Shown: positions 15,601 to 26,700 of the stretch, piece by piece
Position numbering within the stretch: position 1 is the stretch's first letter
How the letters are laid out: every line of letters starts with the position of its first letter
DNA from: Tubiluchus corallicola
Lineage: Eukaryota; Animalia; Priapulida
Length of the DNA: 64,000 bases
NCBI GenBank assembly: GCA_030141605.1
Contig: JAQGDQ010000016.1
Location: forward strand, 62,001-126,000
Direction of reading: 5' to 3'
Position numbers and translations under genes: made by a program
Notes under the pieces: model-generated
What the model saw: the letters and a program-made list of their open reading frames with translations, nothing else
Told to the model about the DNA's origin: nothing
Databases searched by the model: none

Positions 15601-16883
15601 CCATGATTTACGTTATGCTTATGCGAGGTCATGTAAGGGTACCTCGGAACAGCATTGCGGGAGATTTAAAATGAAAACAAACAAAAATTCTTTTCAACTC
15701 GAGTACGATACATGCACAAAATTCCTGTAAAGGAGTATAATTTTTTAAGGCGATTTTTCTGAAACCTACTTCAGGTGCCCCTTTTGTTGTCCTTTAAATA
15801 ATTGGCATGTGGCAGCAAATCAGCAAATCATGGCATCGAATTATGTTTGGTGCTACGTTATCTAATGAAGATGATGTCATGAAACTGCAAGCAAAAACAT
15901 TTTAACAAATTTCACACAAATTAACAGTCAAATCTCGAGTTCAGTTTAACCGTTTGATCAACAGTTCAAGTTAAACTTAATTGTTTCTCTGTCTTCGCAA
16001 CTTCCACATTTTTGTCAGACTGTCGGTGAATCTGTGTTTTTTCTTAGCTGAATACTCGTCCTGTGGGGAAAATATAGATATTGCGAGAGGTACAATACCA
16101 GATTTGGAAGGAGCGATAAGACGTTGGTACGAAGAAGTTGTGGGTTTTTCATGGGGAGTGGAAACAACTGCAGAGGTCAGCCATTTTACGCAGGTAAGTG
16201 TGAAAGCTTAGGCATTGTTTGTCATTGTTTATTAGAAAAAACCATTACAATTACGAACACACACACACACACGCACGCACGCACGCACGCGCGCGCACAG
16301 ACACACGCACACGCGCACGCATACACACACACGCACACACACACACACACATATTGTAAGTACAACTACACAACAAGTGAACAAAATGAAAATTACTTAT
16401 CAAGGGAGCAATTAATAAGTGAGCTGCTTGCAGCTGAGCTAGAAACAAGGACAAGAAAAGCCTAACTGCAATACAGGCTGTTTCGTTAAGTGTTGGAGGT
16501 AGAATAAAAGAGGTGAACAATGAAAGGGATGACATGACCGTAAAATAATAGTGTAAGTAAGGTGAGCAGAAGAGAAGAAAGAATCTAAAATTGTAAAAGA
16601 AATACAAAGAAATGATGAGGCTGTCATCAAAGATGAATCTGTTATGAACAGGGACGGACTGTGAGTGGCATCTAACATAGGTACATGCACCTGGGATAGA
16701 ATAGACTAAGACCAAATCCATCTAACATCTGATATGTATTTAAGAGATATGTTGAGAGAGAGGGACAGAGAGAGAGAGAGATTGAGGGAGAGAGAGAGAG
16801 AGAGAGAGAGACGGAGATGGAAGGAGAGGAAAAACACAGCCTTTTCTTGCCATCTCCGTCTGCTTCGACTCCTACTCTCTCTT

Positions 16884-16930
<47 letters not shown>

Positions 16931-17005
16931 TTCTTTCTCTCTCTCTCTCTCTTTCTCTATCTCTCCCCCTTTGTCTCTCCTTTTCTCTCTCTTTCTTTCT
17001 TTCTC

Positions 17006-17054
<49 letters not shown>

Positions 17055-20000
17055 ACTATTAGTATGATAACTGAACTGAAATGGATGAATTTTACAATTC
17101 ACAGGTTGTGTGGGCTGAGTCTGACACAGTTGGGTGTGGATTTGCAGAATGCGGTAGGGAGTTTGATGAGATGATATTGTTTTCCTGTGTTTATTGTCCA
17201 GGGTGAGTCATTCTTTCTATCAGAGTTTCTGATTGCAAGGTAAATGCAGCTTGTAAGTTGGTCAACACTGATAGACCAAAGCATGGCAAAAACTAACTAG
17301 GAAAGTTGTTCATTAAGATAATTATGTTGCAAAAAGTTCATCAGCCAAATGTCATTGATGTTCCACAATCACAGCATAGTTAATATACGAATCTACCAGG
17401 AAAATAGAATCGAGATGAACGAAGTATTAAAATAATAGTTAATATGAGCATAATTATGTTGACGAATTCAAGCCCTTGGTTATCATATACGAAATTAACT
17501 GTTACATTAAAAATTATTTAATCACTTGAAATCACATAAATTTATGATTAGAAGTTCTGGAAAAAATTGAATTCGATGGTGTCAAATCTGCATAGACACG
17601 CCTAAACAAGTAAACCTTGCACACATAAGAACAGTGTAAATCAATTTTTTTGTCATGTATCTATATTTTTTTTCAAAAATTCAAAAAAATGTTAGTGGAA
17701 ACATTTCAAATCACTAATAATAAGTTTGTACACAATCAAAGATTTCGCAGTTTAACTCGTAACTTAAATGTTCATCTCTAGCAAGTTGTAATTTTTAGCA
17801 AGTAATTGTTTTGCATTGTTATACAGCCTAACAATGTCAATATTTACATGTAACAATGTTTGCTTCAATTTATCAAACATCATTGTTCTAATTATAGTGA
17901 AATGTAATTGTCCATTTGTGGCTAAACGCATTAGCATTCTAGTATGGTGTACGGAGCTTTTTTAATTTCCCATTTAAATTTAAAAGTTGCAGTTACTGCT
18001 AGAAGTCTCTGGGGTAAATTTTTGTATATGAAGCAAGGAACGATTTTTGAAATACTACAGAGCGTGCAGTAAAGTTTCTATATTTACCGCTATTACACGA
18101 ATGTTGTACACAACAAGTTCTTCCACTTTAAGTAGGATGATACTGGCTAGGTGTACAGGCACTAGATGGTTTACTACTTATATATTACATATAAATTTAT
18201 ATGTTTTATATGATGTAACAGTTTTAGTGGGTATTTGTTTAGGTGCAATGTTGGATAGTTCCACCTGTTCGACAATCTCGGTTTGACTTGTACTGAAGAG
18301 ACTGCCAAAGTGCAGCCCACTCCTTAATAAATTTGAGATCAGCATTTAAGCAATTAGCTGAGTTTTTGTGGTGATCAGTAAATGAATCAGTTAAACTAGT
18401 ATCATTAGAATAAACACGAGTATCGATTATTAAATTTTCTACGATGTCATTTATGTACACTAATAATACCAGCGGTCCTAAAATCGAACCCTGAGGCATA
18501 CCAGCTATACCAATTTAGTCAATGCTGTTTCGTTATTAAATTTTGCGAAACAATACATTTGACGTCTTTGTAAAAATTAGGAAACCGGGTTTGTTGTAGA
18601 TTTTTAGACTTCATGCCCCACACTGGACTTCGTAAATACTGGAATCGGCATAGGGGGCCTACATAGACTCCAACTGAATTTGGTGTTACACAATTTAGAT
18701 CAACTGCTAATATTTGTCTTTGAGATTTCATAAAAAAATTATTATACTTTGTCTTACACTGCACTTCATAAACACTGCAATCGGCCTATTACAGGCTCAA
18801 ACTGGGTTTTGTGTTATAAAGGTCTATATGTAGTGCCTGGAACTGGGTTTCAGAAAAGGAAAGAGAAAGAGTTTTACATACTTTGCGTTTTCCTGTTAGT
18901 GTTTGTTTTCGAAATTTATGCAATTAACTGTTAAAAGGATATTCAGTTTCCCTGTATGTCTCAGCATCAGCATCAGAACATGTCACTGTCAGAGTTTCTC
19001 TGATTCAGCTTACAAAAAATACTATTACTATTTAATGATAAAGAATATATATTATATAAATAAATAAGTTCGAACCATTTCTCATCTATAAAATGGAAGG
19101 CTTTATCAGCACTCTTCTGTTAACTTTATTTTTTTTTCTGTCTACTAAAATTGTTTTTCTGTTTAGCTCCATCTTGTGCTAAAATTTTCAGTTTTTCCAC
19201 GTTAAGACATTTACCCGTCTCTGCTTTCTGACATGTTACTCCGGCTTCGTTTAATAAGCATACTGGGGTTCAGTTTTACATATTTCTTTGCGAACTACTT
19301 AAGTATTACCTTCAGCGTCAAACTTTTAATGTGTTTCAGTAGAAAGTTTTAATCCTTCTTGTCTTTTTATTTGTCTAGGTCTGGTATTCACTCATTTCCT
19401 CACTCGCTCATTCAGCCACTATCTTACACTAGTATTTACTCACTCACTCACTCACTCACTCACTCACTCACCAAAACTTTTCTGCACTCACCTGACTTGT
19501 TTCAAATCATTATTTGCAGTGGTAATATACCTCCAGACGAATTCAAACCTTACGAAATAGGACCACATTGTAGCAACTGCCCTAGTGGAACAATGTGCAT
19601 GGATGGCCTATGTGGTAAGAGCTTCGTTCTAGTACATTTGTAAACAACAAAAGCTTATATTACTGCAATTACAGCACACCTTCAAAATGTGCTACTGGCA
19701 TATGAGATTATGCCTTAAAGTAACGCGTTGCGAGGGGCGTATCAAGCGTTTAGCCAGTTGCAACTTAAGCCTTTGTAGCTCAGCGTCTCTAGCAAGACAT
19801 GAGATCTGTAAAGTGAGATCATCATTTTTATGCTGTAACCCTTCACAGTGGAAACGTTGTATATATTACACTTGCATCAACAATAAAAAACTATTAATAA
19901 ATGTTAAAATGTTGAAATTATTATATGAAATTTGAGGAATACAAATAACAGAAACTGACCCTTGATTTCTTTTTCCATTAATGCATTTCAACCAGTTTGT

Positions 20001-20656
20001 TTTGCTTAAATCTCCCGCATGACATACAATACGATTGCTTGTATTATTAAGATTGAGGACCTTTTTATATAAGCGTACTGGATACTCCCCCTCGGCAGCA
20101 TTAAATTTCGTGGACTCAGTCCGTGGTGGTCGTTGTGGCTGTTTTATTTGCTGCGTATAGTGTGCGGATGCCACGCATGGAACAATGATTAGAAATAAAA
20201 TATCCTGATTAGTAGCTTTAAGCGATCATTATGCAATTTACAGCACCAGTAATGACAACAGAAGGCCCTTCAACAGAAGAACCTCCAACAGAAGATCCAC
20301 CAACAGAAGACCCACCAACAGAAGACCCACCAACAGAAGACCCACCAACAGAAGACCCTCCAACAGAAGACCCACCAACAGAAGACCCACCAACAGAAGA
20401 CCCACCAACAGAAGACCCTCCAACAGAAGACCCTCCAACAGAAGGCCCTCCAAGAGAAGAACGACCGTGCGCCAGAAAAGTGTGTAATTTAGGAATTAGC
20501 AATAATTAATTAGCAATAATTAGCAATTTAGTAGAACCATTAATTTTACTGTTATTACTACTATTACTACAACTATTGAAACTACTATTACTACAGATAC
20601 TACTACAGCTACTGCTACTGCTATACTATTACTACAAGTACTGTAGTACTGTAGTA

Positions 20657-20749
<93 letters not shown>

Positions 20750-23700
20750 AGCGTTACCGGACACTACCTTTCAGACGTAGAATACCAAGGAGGAACCGGT
20801 ACTACGTAAAAACTAGAGGGAAGAAATTTGGTTTGAATCCTAAACGAAGACGGCGGTTGAGATTCCCAAAGTGGTTTTGGCGCACCGCTTGGTGAATCAA
20901 AGTATCATTGTTGAATACAATAATGTATACATACCAATTTAAGACTTTATACGGATATCAATTTTAACAATTCGATTTACCGAGAGATACATGCAGTACA
21001 ATATCATTACTTACGAACGATATACATATAATCAAAAGGGAAGAACAGTCTTTCACAGTTTTGCTGGGGGAATCTTGCAGACGTACGTGAAGTTATAAGT
21101 TTCGAGTATTAAACGAAAGAACAAGTCACTCGGCATGTTGGGTTTGGGTTTATTTTACTGCTATGACTTAAACTTAGAAAAATATAACAAAGAAATTTGC
21201 ATAAAAACGTAAATAAATCTATAAAGCGTAAATTCAAATTCTCAGCCACGGTGGTTACTGTTATTCACCTGAAAATCATGGCGCGACTGGTTCACTCTCG
21301 TAAGCACGCGATGCTTAAACTAATTCAAACTTTTGCAGCTTACCTAAGCACGTTATTGAGCAGTTACCTAAGCATTCACGCAAAAATATTACAAAACTAG
21401 CTACCTAAAATTTATTATGCTTTTGATGAAGATTGTAATGTTGCTTAACTTGTGGTTTGGCCAATCTTACGACTGTAATTGACCAGATCCGAAATCCTAG
21501 TAGAGACGTTTAAGCACCACAGGTTTGGTTGATCAAACTACTCGGAATTATCCTCCACGCTGAGCTATAATACAATCTCCTACCTCAAGAATTTCTCTGC
21601 AACAGACCTCCTCACAACAGTTTCGTCCACAACCCTTGACGTCCAGCAACCGACAAACCACCAAAATTCACCAAGCAAGGTCAGTTGACATGACATCTTC
21701 AGTGACTCGATCAGAGCCACATCACTGACCATCAACATGGTACCTACATCGTCACTCGGACAGGACTTCCATTGGCCTAGCCCTAATGACACATAGCCTC
21801 TCTCTTTAGGCTAACGATTTAATTGAGCTGGCGACATTCGTGTTTTTCTACGATTCTGCTTATAAACAATAGCCTTTGACCACTGGCGATTTTACTCGGA
21901 TGTTCGGGGACGGTGGTACTAGGTCTGAGCTATGCAATATGAGCTAATAGCCCTTTTTACTTTACAAAATTCAACTGTCGTTATCTGACTTCTAAATTCT
22001 GATTATAACATAAGATTTCTATGATCTTCCAACCTCTGATCCTATATGCATTAAATTCAAGGTACAAGATGAGTGAGTCATCATAGCTGAACGGCACGAT
22101 CTTCGTTCAGAGGCTAATCAATTTTAATTGATCTAAATTCGAATTTTCTATTGATTAATTCGCTATTTCAAAATAAATTCATAACATTCCTCCCCTAAAA
22201 CTCACTCCAGATTTATCTTGAATTCAATGTGTTTTCTCTCTATATGCAATTCATGTACATCTATGGCTTCTTATCAAGCCCTTCTCTTATCTATTACAAT
22301 TCTAAGTTTCCAATACAACAAACATGCTAATATGTTACAATGTGGGACACATCTCATCTTGGAGAATACGGCGGCGGGATACCATTGACCAAGGTCCATT
22401 TAGTTGCAAGGTATTTATTGGAACTGTGAACAGGTGAGCTAAGTCTCTGTGAGCGACTGAAGCTCAAAAGGATAGGTCGTGAAGCAGAGAGCACAGGGGC
22501 ACGTGATGATGCTCTGTGTGAAAAGGGGTCAGCTTGGGTGCGCCCTATGCAGGGGAGCCCAAAGCACCCGAAGCGAATGTAAAATGTTATTTCACAACTG
22601 CAGCAGGCCGTAGCAAAGGACTATGATTCCTACAAAGCAAGGTCGAGGTTGTGGGAGGTAAGATTAGGAGAGACTAGAAAGAAAAAGTAACATAAACAAA
22701 AAGTGAAAACCGGAACTGTAGGTGGCTACAGCTTGTCTGTTCTAACCCGGATCCATTAGAGTGAGACAGGTAATAGGAGAACTCCTAGCTAGGTCATGAT
22801 GAGAGCATTCGAAAAATTGTTTACAAGAGTTAAGCAGAAAGTAAAAGGAATTTAGAAAGAAGGAGTAGTGCGGATGGTTGGAACTCGGCCCACAAGAAGT
22901 AAAATACTACCAGATGTAACGCTCACCCACTAATGGCGCCCAAGGGTGAAAAAGAGACATAGTTTGCTACAGAGCTAAGGTCTCGAGCGGTACCATACTG
23001 GAAGTATGTAAGTTGCCCAAGGGAAAACGGAAAACGAAGTTTGGAAGAAATGAAAAGAATTAAAGGAAAAGTGTATGCTGTTTTAAAAGCGTAGTAGCTA
23101 AACATATAAAATGGAAGAAGTAGTAAAACGGGCTGTTCGCTCGCGGATTATGGTATAGTTTAAAACTCTTGATAGTCCCGGGCTACTACTGGACTGGGGA
23201 CTAAATTCGCACAAGCGCAGCGAAATAAATTAATTAAAGAAAATGAGAAGTATAAAACTCGCTGGTTAAAAAGGACGTTAGGGCCACTCTAGGGGGATGA
23301 AAGTACCCTAACATAGGAGATAAGGTATGAAATACGGTGTAGGTCCAGATTTCTGCAAGGCTGTGATATTGTGGCCTTGTTTTTCAAAACTAAGACGGGG
23401 GCTATATGCCATCAGGGTGAATACAATGAGTGGCTGTCTTCTCAGAGGCAATAGGTACTGGATGTTCAGTGGTGTAGCACTTAACGTGTCACTGACAAAT
23501 GTCATGTCAAGTGACCTTGCATTCAAAAGAGAGTGCAGAGAGAATTTTGGGGGTTGTTGACGGTTTGGTTACTGGACGCAGGGAGCTGAGGAGAGCTGTC
23601 GAGATCTGTTGCAGAGACGTTCTTGAAGTAAGAGATATTTCTATAGCTCAGCGTGGATAAGAATTCTACGTCGTTTGATCATCAAACCTCTGGTGCTTAG

Positions 23701-26700
23701 AGTCTCTACTAGGAATCTGGATCTGGCCAATTATAGTCGTTAGATTGGCCAGGCCGCAATTTAAGTAATCTTACGATTATCTTAGTTATAGTTAACGGAT
23801 CAGTATAATTGTTGTAACTTGCATTTTGTGTAAAGTAAGGTTTAAAGAGTAAAGTTAAACATTGGCAAATTGATCGGTATATCACCTGCGATATATCATT
23901 TCTAGTTGTGAGCGCCCACAAGCGCACAAGTTAACTAGCTTGTAAAGTTGTTGTAACGTAATCTTTTATTGACTGTTTGGCAATTGTCTAATAAAGGCTA
24001 TTATTACTGTTACTGCCTTGTTGAATTACTTTGCTGGATTGAAAGTAAACTCAAGTACATTCTCGCAAAGACACTATCTGCTTCACGAACCTAGAGTATT
24101 CACATTGAAAAGGCTTATTGCGGAAGCTAGCTTGATAACTTGGGAGATAAAGATCTATTACACAACGCGTATTGCGTGGTTCAAGATCATTGCCCTATCG
24201 ATCTAACCTAAGCTCCCTTAGTCGGGCAATTAATCGATCTTAATTAATTGTCTCAAAGCGTGTAATATAAAAAATAGCACGATAATAAGGAGTTTGGGAG
24301 AGCTGAATACAGCAGCTAGAAAACAAAATTTTGAGAGAAGCAATGGTACGGATAACAAGGACTCGTCCCATAAAATGAAGTAGATATTGCTATAGGCAAA
24401 GTTCACGCACTAATGACCGGTCTGTGGTGGAAACGAAATATAATTTGCTACAAAGCAAATGTCTTGAGCGATACCGCGCTAGCAATATGCGAAGTGGCAA
24501 GTGCAAAAGGACGGAAAACTTAGGAAAAATTAAAGGAAAAGGGTACACGTCCATGAAGCCATGCTAAACACAGAGAACATATGAAATGAGGTTGCAAATT
24601 AGCTGATGGTTAGCGAATTATAGTATAGTTTAAAACTCTTGATAGGCCCGGTCTACTACTAGACCGGGAACTAAATTCGCATAAGTGCAGCGAAATGAAT
24701 TATTTTAAAGGATAAAGAGTGGGATGCACTCGCGAGATGAAATGGGAAGTTAGGGCCACTCTGGGGGGAGGAAAGTGCCCTAATATAAGGAATTTAGGTA
24801 GATAAAGTAAGAAATCTGTGACCTTAATAATTTACACTCATTTAGAGAGTCAGGAGAATCCTAGGTATATTTCGTTACTGCAGAACGATACAGCCGAGTT
24901 GAAATATAATTTAGCAGATCTAAAAGTAGAATTCGCTTATCACGCACAGATCATGACTCATGGAATGGTTGTGTTGACGGAAATAATGGCACTAATGCGG
25001 CGAATATCAAATACCATGAAGAGGCTGACTGAAAATGTACACAAGACTACGGACATGTTGTCCACACTATTGTCAGGCACTATGTCACCTCTACTTTTGG
25101 GACCTGCACAACTGCACGACACGCCATACGAAACACAGAATGTAACCCTAGGCACGGTTGATGTGATTCCCGATTATGTGAAGCCACCAGCCCAGAAAAC
25201 CTGGGACCAGTTCGACATGTCTCTGGAAGATCTAAAATCCTCCATACAAGAGAATGGCGAACGATTGAAACGACAGAAGATTAGCCTGTCAGAGTCGGTC
25301 CCTACGGACTTATTATGGGGATATGGAAAACATACTATTTTTTCAAAAATGACTTACGTGAAAGTATTATTGTCAGGCAAACACAATTTCGCGCGTTCGA
25401 ACCATTATGCTCGAAGCTTCACATAGTGGCAGAATAACAGAAGTAAATTAACTACCTGTCAGCAGCGAATTTGCAGTGAACCTGCCAATGCTCACAGCTC
25501 CACATGGTGGCATAAAAGGGAAGTAAATTAACTACCTGTCACTAATTAATTTGTAGTCAATCTGCATACGCTTGAAACATGCTGGCATAAAATAGAATTA
25601 AATTAACTACCTGTCACTAGCTAATTTGCAGTGAATTTTCACACTTACTTTGCAGTTTTGTTGAAATGCCATTGGTGGCAAATACTGAGGCCAGGCGTGG
25701 CTTAAAAATAACCTTCTTTCATTCTTTGTTGGAAAGTTGAGTTTCTCTATCTTTTGCTGGGGAGTCAAACCAAGCAGTTCATCAAAAAACTGTGCATCAG
25801 CAATGAGCTTGTTGTATTTGACATCATCACCATGACTCATAATCCTTCCTACTATATTCATGGTCCATATTGTTCCTGTAAATTCAAAGCTGAACGTTGA
25901 AAGTTAAGTAACACTGGCCTTGTCAGCATGACAACATTGTACCAATGTTGCCACAGTAGTTAGGCAAATATTGGACTAGTGCTGTCAGTTAACATGAATA
26001 CCATGTGGAATTTTGGATTTGCCACAATATGGTGCTGATATTTTTGGCAGTATGTTGCAATATTGTGACAATATTGGCCGATGATATGGTGAGCATATGA
26101 TGAAATAATACTGTGCCACAAGATTCCTGCAACACTTGCACGACTGCGAGCAAGTTAGAGGGTGGCTCCGTCTGAAGTGGGCCCATAGTTTCATTAGCCT
26201 AAAGACCTCCAAAAGGTCATAATGCGGCTCTGGTTATGATGCGTAGTACCCTCACAATTCATGTAAGATTTGTATCTCAGTTCCAAGTGGGCAGAGTTTT
26301 TATGTAAAAATTGTTCTGAAAATTTATCCAAATAAAATTATAGGTGGTAGCATAGCTGATACTAGGCGCTAAGATATTAGATACTTCGACCCTTTTTGTT
26401 CAGATATGCATAAGTCAATTATTATTAGGCCCAAACGATTCTGAAATTTTTTTTCAAATTGCTTGTAATTTTGTTTTAATAAGGGTGCAAATATTATAAA
26501 TATTTACACCCTTATATATATATATACCATATATACAAGTTAAATTCAGTAATTTAAACTAAAGACAAAACATGAAACTTTGATCTATGAACCCAATGGC
26601 ATGGCATAAATACACACAAACACAAATCTAAGTTACATGCGCATATAGTATTTGATTTACATAAACAATGTTAGTTATATATAACATATTATACTATAAC

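Noticed and set aside
20218-20502. Antisense (GGSSV)n ORF as a structural protein
   Set aside because: It is the reverse-strand shadow of the TEDPP coding repeat, which has proper splice context on the + strand.
23143-23210. Hammerhead ribozyme in the duplicated structured motif
   Set aside because: The topology is three-way-junction-like, but the core reads CUUGAUAG and GGAC/GAAC instead of CUGANGA and GAAA.
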